This document shows positions 13,701 to 26,620 of a DNA stretch of 64,000 nt, in pieces; positions within the stretch are counted from its first letter, which is position 1, and every line of letters begins with the position of its first letter. The notes under the pieces are model-generated. The model saw only the letters and a program-made list of their open reading frames with translations, did no database searches and was not told the origin of the DNA. This DNA is from Mustelus asterias (taxonomy: Eukaryota), in the NCBI RefSeq assembly GCF_964213995.1, contig NW_027590117.1, positions 3,968,001 to 4,032,000 of the forward strand, in the 5' to 3' direction. The position numbers were made by a program, and so were the translations under genes.

Positions 13701-14126
13701 CTCCCTGCCACATTAGTTGAAACCGACCTGAACCATAGCAGCAAATCTCCCAGCCAGGATGTTGGTGCCCCTTCAGCTCAGGTGTGACCCGTCCTTCTTG
13801 GCCAGGCCCCACCTTCCCTGGAAGACATCCCAATGATCCAAAAATCTGAAGCCCTCCTTCCTGCACCAGCTCTTTCGCCACGTGTTCAGGTGCACTATCT
13901 CCCTGTTCTTAGCCCCACTCGCACGTGGCACAGGGAGTAATCCTGAGATTACTCTCCGAGAGGTCCTGTTTTTAATCTTCTACCTAACTGCCTAAATTGC
14001 TGTTACTCTTTCTACCTTTGTCATGTGTGACATCTGTCTGATTTCCCTCCTGTTTTGGGATGCTTTGTATCCACTCAGAGACATCCAGGACCCTGGCACC
14101 AGGGAGGCAAACTGCCATCCTGGAGT
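10784..14126 (-). mobile_element. CR1 LINE ~3.3 kb: ORF1 esterase end plus degraded ORF2
   Basis: SGNH-esterase-like ORF1 text (WCRKEGFRFLDHWDVFQG..DGSHL..GTNILAGRFA, ~13740-13880); endonuclease motifs (VYYRP, DLVLGN, SDHN); RT C-terminus. TSD CTATA at 10779-10783 and 14127-14131; absent from the right arm. Confidence 0.92.
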
Positions 14127-14869
14127 CTATAGAGTGAGAGTGTGGAATTCACTCTCTATCTGTCCATCTCTGTTACTGTATGTGAATGTGGAATTAACTC
14201 ATTCCCGCTATCTGTCAATGTATACATGAGAGCACAATTCACTCTCTGTCAGTCTCTGTTACTGTATTTCAGGGTGGAATTACAGTGAATTTCTTCCTGT
14301 CAGTTTATTTGAGAATGGAATCAATTCTCTGATGTGTCAGCCTCTATTAGTGCAAGTCAGTGTGGAATTAACTCGATCAGTCTGTCTCTGTTCCTGTGTT
14401 TCAGTGTGCAATTACCTCTGTCTTATCCTGAGGATTGATTTGCTCAGTTGGCCGGACAGCGGGGCTGTGCTGCGGACCAACCCCAACAGCGTGGGTTCAA
14501 TTCCCGTACCAGCTGAGGTTATTCATGAAAGGGGAGAGCAGCCTATGGTCATCTGGGACTGTGCTGAATTTAGTTTTAACCTTTCTGTCCATCTTTGTTA
14601 GCATGTGTGAATATAGAATTAATTCTGTATCTGTTACTCTCTATTACTGTATGTGAATGGGGCATTAACGCTCTGTTCATCTCTGATTTGCATGTGAGGC
14701 TGGAAGTAACTATTCTTTATCCTTCACTGCAGTGAGGCATTAACACTGTCAATCTCTGTTACTGTACGTAGCAGTGGAATTGACTCTAAATCAATTCATA
14801 ACAATTTATCTGCCAGTCCCTGTTACTGTATGGAAGTGGGTCACTGTCAGCTTCGCAAACTGAAGCGAG

Positions 14870-16060
14870 TGGAGAGACACAGGGATCAGTGCTGGGTTCT
14901 CAGCTATTTACAATCTATATTAATGACTCAGGTGAAGGGACAGACCGTCACCAAATTTTCAGACAATAGATAGGTGGGAAAGCAGGTTGTGAGGAGGACA
15001 CAGAGTCTGCAAAGGGATCTCTATAGGTTAAGTGAGTGGACACAAATTTGGCAGATGTTTTATACAATCTGAAAAAATGTGAGCACAATAAGGAGTCTCA
15101 CAACACCAGGTTAAAGTCCAACAGGTTTATTTGGTATCATGAGCTTTCGGAGAGCTGCTCCTTCTTCAGGTGAATCTCATCTGATGAATGAGCAGTGCGC
15201 CGAAAGCTTGTGCTACCAAATGAACCATTTGGACTTTAACCTGGTGTTGTGAGACTTCTTACTGTGCCCATTCCAGTCCAACGCCGACATCTCCACATCT
15301 TGGGAAAATGTGAGGTTTTCCAGTTTAGTGGGAAGAATAGAAAAGTATAAAATATTCAAATAGAGAGAGACGGCAGAATGTTGCAGTGCAGATGGATTTG
15401 GCTGTCCGTGTACACGAATCATAAGTTAATGAACAGGTTCAGCAAGTATTAGGAAGGCAAATGGAATGTTGATCTTTATTCCAATGGGGCTGGAGTATAA
15501 AAGTAGGAAAGTCTTGTTACAACTACAGGGCATTGGTGAGACAACATCTAGAGTACTGTGTAAAGTTTTCATCTTCTTACTATCGGAGGGATATACTTGC
15601 ATCGGAGGCAGTTCAGTGAGGATTCACTGGGCTGATTCCTGAAATGAAGGCGTTATCTTAAGAGAAAAATTTAAACAAGTTTGACCAATTCTCATTGGAG
15701 AAGAATGAGAGATGATTGTACTAAAACATACAAGATTCTGAGTGGCTTGACACGATAGATGCTGAGGGGGATATTGCAATGTGTTGGGGAAACTAAAATT
15801 GAAGGCACAGTTTAAAGATAAAACATATCCAAATTAAGATGGCGATTAGGAGGAATTACTTCTTTTAATGGATCTTTACTTTTTGGCATTGAATAGATTC
15901 AATCCTGAGTTACACAGTTTTGATCGACAAGAGAATCAAGAGTTATGGGGACAGACACTGCAGTTGAGGCAACAATCAGATCAACCATGATCTTACAGAA
16001 TGGCAGAGCAGGCCTGATGGGCTGAATGGCCTTCTCCTGCTCCTTTTTCTTACGTTCTGA
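14870..16060 (+). mobile_element. Old CR1 RT/3' fragment
   Basis: QGSVLGSQLFTIYIND through a CR1 3' UTR; the partner in the right arm (55170-55610) is partly deleted. Confidence 0.8.
15084..15300. mobile_element. Short Penelope-like element, inverted pair
   Basis: Inverted copies of CAACACCAGGTTAAAGTCCAACAGG; hammerhead-like CTGATGA..CGAAAGCTTG; TSD AAAATGTGAG at 15074-15083 and 15305-15314. Confidence 0.8.
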
Positions 16061-16599
16061 TATTACTCTTTTTCTGTCAGTCTCTGTTACAGTATTTGTG
16101 TGGAATTAACTCAGTCTGATACTGCATATGAATGTGCCCATGTGAATCTGCCCAACACTTATTGTATGTCAGAGTGCAATGTCTCTATAACTGTACAAGA
16201 CACAGTTAATGACCTTTGATCAGAAGTGTTTGGACCCTATTGCTCTCAGATGTTAAGGTTACGGTTAAACCCGCCACTTTCTCCTGCTTTTGCACACCAA
16301 AGTCACTCTTTTAACAAGAACATACCTTCACAGAAACTGAGGGACTGAGTTCCGCAAACAACATTCTGCCTGATTCAAGAGCTCTTCATTTGGCTCCTTC
16401 AAGCCTCGGTTTTCTGAGCAACAGCTGCAATATTTCACTGGTGGACACTGGGAATCTGAAACAAGATGAAAATTCTGCAAATACAGAAATCAGGCAGCAT
16501 TTGTGGAGAAAGAAACAGAGTTCACGTTTCAGCTCTCTGACAATCAGCCTGCAATAAAACAATTATTGATACCGGCTAATGGCAGCCACAGTTCCCACA

Positions 16600-16940
16600 T
16601 GGGGAGGTAATGGTGTACTGGTATTATCGCTGGACTAGTGATCGAGAGATCCATTGTAATGCATTGGGACCTGAATATCACCACAGCAGAGAGTGACATT
16701 TGAACTCAATAAAAAGCTGGAATTAAAGGTCTAATGAAGGGCATGTTGTAAAAAACGCACTTGGTTCACTGATACCCCTTGAGGGAAGCATATCTGCCCA
16801 CATGTGACTCCAGACCCCCAGTATGTTTTTGATGCTTTAATGCCCCCTGAAATGGCCGAAGATGCCACTCAGTTCAAAGGTAATTAGTGCAATGAATGCT
16901 GGCCAAGCCAGTGACGCACACATCACATGAATGAATAAAA
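16600..16940 (+). mobile_element. Ancient SINE (SacSINE1/AmnSINE-like tail)
   Basis: TGACTCCAGACC..CTGAAATGGCC..GCCACTCAGTTCAA..CATCACATGAATGAATAAAA; mirror copy at ~54255-54600. Confidence 0.6.
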
Positions 16941-17309
16941 CAATTATCTGCACCCAGACAGCGCTCTATCCAACACTGACTTGCCCAGGCACTGAGAGTG
17001 GGCATGCTCCCCAGGGGCAGCTGCGGGGCAATCGGTGGTGGAACTTTTCCCACTGCCACTTGTCTCCCATTCCACCAAGCTGCCTGTGTCCTTCTGAAGT
17101 TTCCCACTTTCCTCCTCACAGTTGCCAATGCCTCCAAGTTTGGTGGCGTGTGGAAATGTTGAGCTTGTGTCCTGTACACCAAGGTGTGTGTCATTCATAT
17201 ATATCAGGAAGAGCAGGGCTCCTAACACCGAGCCCTGGGAACTCCACTGGAAACCTTCCTCCAGTCTGAAACACAACCATTAACCACTGCTCTCTGTTTC
17301 CTCTCACTC

Positions 17310-17580
17310 ACACTGTTCCATATGGGGCGGTGAGGATGGCCTCGCTGCACCATCCGCTTCATGGTGCCGTGCTCTCGCCGCCGGGCGCCTCTGCTCCGGC
17401 CTCTGACTGGTATTACTGCGGCTGCGCGCGGCCACGCCGACCTTCCGGGAGCCGCTCCGCGCCTGCTCCGCGCAGCCACACGGTTACCGTGGGCGCGGCC
17501 TAATAGAGCCTGCGCTGTGCGGACCATTCTGAATGAGATAGACGAAATTCACCCCCACACTGTATCCTGGGTTACACAGG
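17310..17580 (-). promoter_or_regulatory. CpG-island-like segment (copy 1)
   Basis: GC/CpG-rich; CCGGAAG; GCACCATG followed 51 nt later by GTGAGT; mirrored at 53590-53870. Confidence 0.5.
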
Positions 17581-18291
17581 CCACCATTGCATTGAATAAA
17601 ACAGCACATGGAATTATATTTCAAATCATCCGCATTCCACCTGAGATTTGGTATCGCTTTGGAGCAATACTTCCTCTTGTCTAAAAATTCAACCTCAAAA
17701 TGTATTTCTATCTTATTTGTCCAATGACATTTTAAATTTACTGTTCATTCTGATTCGCTTGGATTACAGGCAACTTATTCAGGATCATAAGTCTCGCTGC
17801 CCAATGTAACGTCAAATATGTTCCCTGACGGTTTTCTTATTTTGTACCATTCACCAGGAATCTGTGCCGTTGGTTCACATAAATAATTTATTCCCAATTA
17901 CTCTATTGAAACTGATCATGATTTTAATAACCTCTCTCAAAACTCCTCGGAATCTCAGCACTGACGCCACATAGTATGAATGCAGGAAGTATGAATTAAA
18001 TTTCGAAGTTCTGGAATTACATAACACGTCAGTGCTGCGGAGACAAACAAAGTTAATGGCGAATATTTCAGATCAATGTATTTTCATCAGAACTGGTGGA
18101 TGTTAGAAATGTAAAACATTACAGGCAAATGGAGAGGAGAGAGACTCATGTGTAAAGGAACAAAATGGAAGGTCTGTGACCGTTTGGACCAAACATGTTT
18201 TAAATAAGGAGAGTTAGTGACACAATCAAATGGGATAATCACCAGACACATCAACATGGAAGAATCTGTATAGAGCAGGGGTGCTCTGAAC

Positions 18292-18390
18292 TTCCTTGGA
18301 AGGGGCTTGGGGCTCCGAAAGCTTGTGTGGCGTTTGCCACCAAATAAACCTGTTGCACTTTAACTTGGTGTTGTTAAACTTCTTCCTTGG
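18292..18390 (+). mobile_element. Short Penelope-like fragment
   Basis: GGGGCTCCGAAAGCTTGTGTGG..AAATAAACCTGTTG matches the 58648-59771 family; empty site in the right arm (~52670). Confidence 0.7.
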
Positions 18391-18807
18391 AACACCAGCA
18401 AAGACCAAGGACAGATTGATCATGTGAGAGTAAGACGCACAATGAAAATGACAGGCTGGCAGAAACTCTGATCAGAAATTGAATCATCCTTATGGACTGG
18501 TTTGCAATGTTCCAACTGTGGGACATGGGAATGACACACTTGACAAGCCCTGCCAGCCACAGAGGGGTGAGAGGATTGATTGAGGAAAGGGAAGAAATAT
18601 CAGAAGTTCTTGAATGGAAGGTCGCATTACCTCTCGTCACAGTTAAGTGTTTCGATACATACAATGCAGGAGAAATAGCTTTTTCAACATTTTTTTGTCC
18701 AATTTTTCAATGCTAATGATGGGTCGATTGAGTGACTGCAATGTGCTCTACGTTGGGTAGATTGAGTGACTGTTTTGTGGAACACCTCCCATCAGTCCAT
18801 AAACATC

Positions 18808-19137
18808 AACAAAGAACAAAGAAAATGACAGCACTGGAACAGGCCCATCGGCCCTTCAAGCCATCACCGACCATGCTGCCCGTCTGAACTAAAAACCCCT
18901 CCCATTCCGGAGACCATAATCCTCTATTCCCATCTTCTGCATATATTTGTCAAGACGCCCCTTAAAAGTCACTATCTTATCTGCTTCCACTACCTCCCCC
19001 AGCAGCGAGTTCCAGGCACCCACCACACTCTGTGTAAAAACACTTGCATTGTACATCTCTCTTAAACGTTGCCCCTTGCACCTTAAATCTATGCCCCCTG
19101 GGAATTGACTCTTCTACCCTGGGAAAGTGCTTCTGAG
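18808..19137 (-). mobile_element. CR1 3' end
   Basis: AAAGAAC tail and 3' UTR similar to 40205-41223; absent from the right arm. Confidence 0.8.
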
Positions 19138-19359
19138 GGTCCAATCCTGAACTGGAATCCTAAATCTAAACAAAGTAACCTCGGAAGGTATGAGGGGTGA
19201 ATTTGCTAAAATAGGTTATGGATGAATAGATTAATCAAATGGCATGACGGTGGATAGGCAATGGCTAGTATTTAAGTCATAGTTGTATGCAATGAACGTA
19301 AACATAACAGGAAATTATTGGAAAAAAAATTCTGAGGGACAAGATTTACTCACATTTAA

Positions 19360-19654
19360 GGGCGGCACGGTGGCACACTGATTACCCTGCTGACTCGCAA
19401 CTCCAGTGACCTGGGTTCAATTCCGGTCTTGTGTCCTTGTCTGTGCAGAGTTTGCATGTTCTTTCTGTGTTTGTGCAGGTTTCCTACAAATACACCAATT
19501 TCCTCCCACAGTCCAAAAGACGTGCTGGTTAGCTGCAATGACCATGCTAAAATCTACCTCAGGACCTGAACAGGCGCTGGAGCGTGGTGACTGGGGGATT
19601 TTCACGGTAACTTCATTGTGGTGTTAATGTAAGCCTACTTTTTACTAATAAATA
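19360..19654 (+). mobile_element. tRNA-derived SINE
   Basis: GGGCGGCACGGTGGCAC head, B-box GGTTCAATTCC, TAAATAA tail; left arm only. Confidence 0.85.
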
Positions 19655-20093
19655 ATTGCTTCTTTCCTTGCACTATTCCTTTCTGGCACGAAAACATAAC
19701 TGGTGAAGTGGTCCAACCATGGCGAGCAAAATAAATTAAATAGTCTTGGATTCAAAGAAGAACTTAAGAACTTGGAGCAGGAGTGGTCCATTTGTCCCCT
19801 CGAGCCTGCTCCGCCATTCAATAAGATCATGGCTGATCTTTTCAGGAAAACTTCACACAAATGATCAGTCGGTGCATTCTCCTTTGCCTGTGTGTGATCT
19901 TGTGTATGCTGACAGTCTCTCGCTGTTTTTGTGTGTATTTCTGTTATTGTTCCATTCTTGGTGTTTAGACAGTGGAATTGTGCCGCTAGGCGGAGCTGCT
20001 GGGCACATTTGCTGTCATTAAACAGCAATACGAAAGTGATTTTTTTTGCTTTGCTATAGCGCAACAATAATAAACAGAACCTTGTTGGTAGAT

Positions 20094-20165
20094 AGCAGAG
20101 TGGCGCAGCGGAAGCGTGCTGGGCCCATAACCCAGAGGTCGATGGACCGAAACCATTCTCTGCTA
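20094..20165 (+). tRNA. tRNA-iMet(CAT), two substitutions relative to the canonical vertebrate initiator
   Basis: AGCAGAGTGGCGCAGCGGAAGCGTGCTGGGCCCATAACCCAGAGGTCGATGGAcCGAAACCATtCTCTGCTA; the T-loop ATCG is changed to ACCG, altering the B-box; T-run downstream. Confidence 0.9.
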
Positions 20166-22698
20166 TTTACGTTTTCAGGATCAGTTTAAAAAAAATTGCT
20201 GCTCCCCGCAAATATCACTGCTATTTCTTTACAGGCTACAGTTATTTTCATCAGCTCTCGCTTGCAATCAACAATTTAGTTTGCAACATGCTCACTGTTG
20301 TAAATGCCACAAACACAGGTTTTCTCTTTTTATCTCAGGGCATTTATGACAGAGAAATGACCCAAAAATCATAGAATCCCTAAAGCGCTGAAGAAGGCCA
20401 TGGGGCCCATCGAGACTGCACCAACTCTCCGACAGAGCATCCCACCTAGGCTCTTTACCCACAGCCCCACGCATCTACCCCGCTAATCTACTTAACCTGC
20501 ACTTCTTACGACACCAGGCACAATCTAGCATGGCCAGTCCACCCAGCCTGCACATCTTTGGACTGTGGAAAGAAACTAGAATATCTGGTTTCCAGACATA
20601 GCTTGCCTGGGTAAATGCAGCTTCAACAACACTGGCCGTTTGACACCATCCAGTCCAAAATATCTGACTTAATTTGCTTCCATCCACAAACATTCAATCC
20701 CTCCAACACCGACAAAAAGGGACAGAAGAGCGCACTATCCAAAAGATGCACTGCAGGAATTCACAAAGGCTCATTTGACAGCACCTTCCAAACCCACCTT
20801 GACTATGGTCTGAAAGGAAAAGGGCAGCAGACATATCAGAACAACACCACCTGGAATTCTCCCTCCATACAACTCACTATCCGGACTTGGAAATATATTG
20901 TCATTCCTTCAGCGTCAGCAGATAAGAATCCAGGGAGTTTGCATTCCACCCACCCCACCCCCTCCCCCCAAACAGCACCGTGGGTGTACCTGCATGACAT
21001 TGATGCCAGCAGTCGAAGCATGCAGTTCAGATGAGCAATAAATCCTGACCAAACCAGCAATGCCCGAGTCTGAAGAATGCACAAAATGAAATAAAAACAA
21101 CTGATCAAAAAGGTTCCTCCTCATCTCCGTCTTAACTGGGAGATCATTTAAAAAACAAACTCTGCTTTTCTGGTCCCATTGTCAGTGTAATTCTGAGCAC
21201 AATCGGGATTGTTTAGTCAACGTTGTCCCATTGCAGAATCATATTGTGCAGTAGTGACCTGCCTGGTGGTGTATACGGTACGATTTGTCCCTATGATTCA
21301 CTGCATCCCCGTAGATATGGGCTGCCCAAGTCACACAATCAGTGTTAGAATTAATTCACATGTTTCAGTATCTGGTACCATTCTGTATCTGAATTTGTCT
21401 GGCGTTGTTTCTGAGGGTGTCTCACACTCATGAAGTGTGTGAGTGTGGGATCATTCTAGATCTGTCAATGCCTCTCTATGTCTGTGATAATTTTGTATAA
21501 ATGTTGGAATCATCAATACCTTTAAGTCCCCTGGTGCTGTTTGTGAAACATATGCTTTATGTTCCCTGGTACTGTTTGTAGAACATCAGCTTAATGCTGT
21601 ACCTTTCAGCGGAACTAATTATGTTTGCAAGTCTATACTGCTGTTTAAACTGATGGTTTCAGTTGAGATTTTTCAGTCACGTCTCTCTCTCTCTCTCTCT
21701 GATCGTCCATTTGTATTCATGACTCAATGTGAGACTGGGATTCTTTCCAAATCTCTCAGTGATACAATTGTTGTGTGTAATGTTTTTCGTATCACTCATG
21801 ACAGCTCCAGTGAGTGAGTGCAGTGAACAGCCTGTATATTTCAGCTCCTGACACTGAACACGTGATTGAGAACGATTCTCTTATCTATCAGTCTTTGCTA
21901 TTTCGTGTTAGTTTGGGATGAATTAAATCACATTCAGTCCCTGGGACTATTTATAAGTTTGGATTAATTCCAAATAACTTTCCAGCACAGAAACAGGCCA
22001 CTGATGCAGTAGGTTTTAAACAGACAATGTGAGTGAGTTTCGGTCCAGCATTAAATCTCTGTCAGTGTGAATACAATTGTGAAAGATAATGTATCCTTCA
22101 ATCTGATACTGGATTGCTATGCAAGTTTCACTCAGGTTGTTCACCTTGATTTGATCTGTGACACTCAGTCGGATTCCAAATAAGAATTTTGACATGAATA
22201 CAAAATGGAGTCCAACCTGGAATTGGACAGTGTCTTCCATCTGGCCCAACGTGAGTGAGGATTTAGGATGAGTTCATAATTTATATTTCAGTTCATAGTC
22301 ATCAAATTGATCTTGCAACTTTTAGTTTCATAATCTGGGTGAGTTTTCAATGGAATCTGAGTTGTATCCCAGGTTAGACGAGCTTTCAGAATATCCCAAT
22401 CTGAGAATCTGTACTTCAGATTTGGATTTGTATCGAATATATTTGTGAGGACTCACTATGAGGATTAGTACAGTAACTTCCAAACCCCTGATGTGGGTGA
22501 TATGACTGGTATTGAACTCGAATCTCAGAGTGCATTATTAAGGTTAATTGTCTAATTTTTAACCGAAACCATCTGTCAGTTTTATCTGATATTTAATTTG
22601 GAGCTAAGGCTGCACTATTGTGGGATTGACACAGTGATGATCTGATTGTGGATGACAATTTGGATTGGGTTTTATGGATTCCCCTATCAGTGGTACAG

Positions 22699-23483
22699 TG
22701 GAGTTTAATTTAGATAAATGCAAGGTGATGCATTTTCATAGATCGAATCAGGGCAGGACCGACTAAGTTAATGGTAGGGCGTTGGGGAGAGTATAGAACA
22801 AAGAGATCTCGGGGTACATGTTCACAGCTCATTGAAAGTGGAGTCACAGGTGGACAGAATGGTGAAGAAGGCATTTGGCATGCTTTGTTTCATTGGTCAG
22901 AACATTGAATACAGGAGTTGGGACGTCTTTTGAAGTTGTATAAGACATTGGTAAGGCCACATTTGGAATACTGTGTATAGTTCTGGTCACCCTAATATAG
23001 AAAGCACAGAAAAGATAGACTCGGATCCTACCAGAACTTGATGGTTTGAGTTATAAGGAGAGGCTGGATAGACTGGGATTTCTTTCTCTGGAGTATAGTC
23101 GGCTTCGGGGTGATCTTAGAGGTCCATAAAATAATGAGGGGCACAGGTCAGTTCGACAGTCAATATATTTTTCCAAAAGTAGGGGAGTCTAAAACTAGAG
23201 GACATAGGTTTAAGGTGAGAGGGCAGCGGTACAAAAGGGAAGTGAGGGGCAATTTTTTCACACAGAGGGTGGTGAGTGTCTGGAACGAGCTGCCAGAGGT
23301 AGTAATGGAGGAGTATAAAATTTTGTCTTTTAAAAAGCGTTTAGACAGTTACATGAGTAAGTGGCTATCGAGGGATATGAGCCAAGTGCGGGCAATTGGG
23401 ACTAGTTTAGCCGTTAAAAAAGGGTGTCATGGACAAGTTGGGCCGAAGGGCCTATTTCCATGCTGTAAACCTCTATGACTCGA
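22699..23483 (+). mobile_element. CR1 3' fragment with 8-bp TSD
   Basis: ORF 23110-23478 (FFTQRVVSVWNELP); TGGTACAG at 22691-22698 and 23484-23491; empty site in the right arm (~48845). Confidence 0.9.
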
Positions 23484-23639
23484 TGGTACAGAGTTTGATT
23501 TGATTACTTCTTGTTTCATGAATTGGTATGCAGTGAAAATCTTGTTTCTTGCGCGCTATACAGACAAAGCATACCGTTCATGGAGTAGATAGGGGAGAAC
23601 GAAAGGAGAGGGTGCAGAATGTAGTGTTAAAAATCCATT

Positions 23640-23707
23640 TGCCAAGAGTGGGGTTCAAACCCATTGGATCTATAAATCCAACGCCTTAACCACTCGACCA
23701 TCCTGGT
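23640..23707 (-). pseudogene. tRNA-Leu(TAA) pseudogene
   Basis: Mirror of 48605-48687. The variable arm is deleted between two TGG repeats, and the anticodon loop and T-loop are mutated. Confidence 0.88.
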
Positions 23708-23999
23708 ACGAGAGCTGGGCATGATATGGACACAACACCTGTCTCTGCTGCTGTTTGAGCAGTGACTTGAAAAGGCGTCTCTGGAATTATTTCTGCTGTC
23801 CTGAGACTGAGCTCCGTCAGTGACAATGTGCGGACTGTGTGTGAGAAGGTCTCTTCTCTGTAACTAGTGCGGAGGAAATATCACATTTATTATGGTTCAT
23901 TCAAATATTTGTCTGTGGAAACAAAGTACATTTAATATCTCAAATACAGATTCCGTCAGTTTAATCTCTATTAATAATCATTGTGAGCGGTTTGTGAGG

Positions 24000-24135
24000 C
24001 TGCAGCCAGACTCGAGCTCTGATTGGTCACTCACATTTCAATCACATTCTTAACCAATCAGAGAGCCAGGGAGAAGAAATGGGAGGCTCTGATTGGTTCA
24101 CATTTTGAAACTGGAAAAGCCCGCCAATTTCAGTG
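24000..24135. promoter_or_regulatory. Histone/cell-cycle-type promoter motifs with no adjacent gene
   Basis: Three CCAAT/ATTGG boxes, TTTGAA and CCCGCCAA (E2F-like); mirrored at 48205-48345. Confidence 0.5.
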
Positions 24136-24994
24136 CAGGAAAAATACAAAATAACGGAACTATTTCAATCTCACACTTTATAATCTGTTTATTGTATTTT
24201 CCCTCAGAATCCTGGCGCTATTTTAGGAACAGTTTGAATTTCTCAATCTCTGATCTATAACCCGCGGTAATCAGACCCCGTTCAGCAATTTAAAACGGAG
24301 CAAATCTCAGCTCAGTGGAAAAGCAGAAACATAGAGATCACCAACCAACCCCTTCACACAGGCTTCACAGGGACAGAGGGAAACGGCTGATTTCTGATCC
24401 TCTCCCCTGAAATCGGCCGGGAATGTTACAATGGGAAGTGCGGAGAGAATCCCCGGCCCGATCCCGCCGGTGGAACAGGCAGCTTTGTGTCCGGAGAATA
24501 GGGAGCGCCGGGGGGAGGCAGATCTTAAAGCGCTGCAATGAACTCAGGTCCTGTGTGTGCACAAATCTGGCTGAGTCCGTCCTCTGGGAAAGCTGCGGAA
24601 TAAACAGATCAGCCCGAAAATAACCTTTTCATTTCCGTCTGTACTCTGTTGCGGGAGCGACTCCCAGATCACCCGAAATAACGAATAAATAATCGTATTA
24701 TGAATTTAATTCTGCTGCTGCGAAACTGTGAATATAGTTATCATTAAATCTAAAGAACTACCTTCCGATGTGGTGTTTCTCCTCATTGTCCATCATAAAT
24801 CCCAGACTAGAATTTACCATCCGCTCTCAGTTCAGTTTGATTGTCCCTTCAATGTGAAAGTGTGTGTAAGGGGCGGGTATGAAGTCCCATTCACAGCATT
24901 CAGCACCGGGACAAATCTCTATCCTCCAGAAAGACATTTCTCATTCACTCAATAAGGGAAAAGATGGCGCAGCTTTTTCACAGAGATTGTGGGT

Positions 24995-25010
24995 GGCTCT
25001 TAAAAGAGCC
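24995..25010 (-). terminator. Histone 3' stem-loop
   Basis: GGCTCTTTTAAGAGCC followed by ACCCA and a purine-rich element (GAAAAAG). Confidence 0.95.
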
Positions 25011-25047
25011 GTTGTGTTTGGAGTGTTTTTCAGTCCATGGGGGAGTT

Positions 25048-25434
25048 TTACTTGGAGCTGGTGTACTTGGTCACCGCCTTTGTCCCTTCCGACACGGCGT
25101 GCTTGGCCAGTTCCCCGGGCAGCAGCAGGCGCACGGCGGTCTGGATCTCCCGGGAGCTGATGGTGCTGCGCTTGTTGTAATGGGCCAGGCGGGAAGCCTC
25201 ACGCGCGATGCGCTCGAAAATATCGTTCACGAACGAGTTCATGATGCTCATGGCCTTGGAGGAGATGCCGGTGTCGGGGTGAACCTGCTTCATCACTTTG
25301 TAGATGTAGATGGAGTAACTCTCCTTCCTCGACTTTCGCCGCTTCTTACCGCCCTTTGTTCCCGGTTTCTTAATCACTTTTTTCGCCCCCTTCTTGGGAG
25401 CTGGTTTCGATGTTTGTTTCTTCTCATCAGCCAT
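25048..25434 (-). CDS. H2B: Replication-dependent histone H2B (128 aa)
   Basis: [46 protein letters not shown]; intronless; stem-loop downstream; ATG at 25434. Confidence 0.97.
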   Translation of the reverse strand: MADEKKQTSKPAPKKGAKKVIKKPGTKGGKKRRKSRKESYSIYIYKVMKQVHPDTGISSKAMSIMNSFVNDIFERIAREASRLAHYNKRSTISSREIQTAVRLLLPGELAKHAVSEGTKAVTKYTSSK

Positions 25435-25478
25435 CTTCAATTCCACGCAGAAATAAAGCAAACCCCTTCCGAGCGCTG

Positions 25479-25545
25479 ATTAAATAGACAGTCCCACAGA
25501 ACTATGCTAATGAGGAATTGGAAAAGCAATGATTGTGATTGGACA
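25479..25545 (-). promoter_or_regulatory. H2B promoter: TATA-like, octamer variant, CCAAT boxes
   Basis: Minus-strand TATTTAAT (~25480), ATTAGCAT (25504-25511), CCAAT at 25517 and 25538. Confidence 0.8.
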
Positions 25546-26462
25546 TTTTGAAAGTTATTACAGTCACTTATCAGGGATTCATTTGAGTGGATATGAAAAC
25601 AGACCAATCAGATTGAGGAGTTTCCGCCAATCACAAGCCCCCTTACCACAATCAGGAAATACATTTCACAAAGAATCTCCAGCGCCAGTTTCTCAGTGTG
25701 TAAAGATCCACCGGGAAATGTCGCCTGGCTGTCGGTGTGAGGGACCCTTCTCCACAGAGGGACTGTGCGGGAGTGTGGGATTCCTTCCGGAACTGTGAAT
25801 CTCTGGTAATGTGTGTGAGTGTGGGATTTACTCACTCTCTCTGATACAGTGTGTGAGTGTGGGATTTACTCACTCTCTGACACAGTGTGAGAGTGTGGGA
25901 GTTACTCTCTGATACACTGTGTGTCTGTGTGGGATTAATTCACTGTTTGTAAGTATGGAGTACATTATGTGAGTTTGGAAATCATGTATCTGACTTGCTC
26001 TGACCATGTTTGAGTGTTGGATTTATTCTATATTTGAGTATTGGACTCATTTGTTTCTGGGGATTCATTGTGTATCTGTTCGATAGTGAGGCATGTGAGT
26101 GAGTGTATTGATTCTCTCCCTGGGGATAAAAGGCAGTGCTGAATTAACTGTGCATGTGTCACATTCACCATGCTGGACTTATTCTGTACTTGTCACTTTC
26201 TGGAACTGTATGTAAAAGAGATTCACCCTGTCACTGTCATTCTCTAACACTGTACGTCAGTGTGAAATTGATTCAGTCTGGGTTTCTTTGTCTGAGTGTG
26301 AACTTCTCATCCACTGTCAGTGCCTGGTACTGTGTGGGAATGTGAGTTTAACTCTGTACCTGTTAACATCTGCTGCTGTAAGGGTGCACGGATCTCAATC
26401 TGTATCCGTCAGTCTCTGGTGCTGAATGGGTGTGTGGAGTTCATTCTGTATCTGTCAGTCTT

Positions 26463-26620
26463 TGGTCCCAAAAGAAAATATGCGGAAAATCTCAGCAGGT
26501 CTGGCAGCATCTGTAAATAGAGAAAAGAACTGATGTTTCGAGTCCAGATGACCGTTTGTCAAACCTTTGACCCGGAGAGAAGGGGCGGGGGGGGGGGGGG
26601 GGGGGGGCGGCGCGGGGGGC
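26463..26620 (-). mobile_element. Penelope-like 3' end with poly-G tract
   Basis: AAATCTCAGCAGGTCTGGCAGCATCTGT..GTTTCGAGTCCAGATGACC shared with 50263-50461; the purine-rich tract resumes at 27480 after a CR1 insertion. Confidence 0.6.

Larger units (their letters stand above)
10084..25040. repeat. Left arm of inverted segmental duplication
   Basis: Collinear reverse-complement matches: 10084-10160/63370-63456, 10170-10740/57745-58330, 14130-14870/55620-56490, 16060-18800/52290-55150, 19690-22700/48840-52090, 23490-25040/47310-48840. Confidence 0.93.

Noticed and set aside
14440-14580. Additional tRNA gene (GGTTCAATTCC B-box), mirrored at ~55915-56050
   Set aside because: No complete cloverleaf; it looks like a degenerate SINE head.
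24964-25479. 171-aa plus-strand ORF, and similar ORFs 44801-45277 and 46417-46914
   Set aside because: Antisense shadows of GC-rich histone coding sequence.
25600-25800. Divergent H2A partner upstream of the minus-strand H2B
   Set aside because: CCAAT boxes are present but no histone-like coding remnant follows.
26582-26620. Poly-G run as a functional G-quadruplex
   Set aside because: It sits in a TE purine tract at a CR1 junction, and homopolymer length is unreliable.
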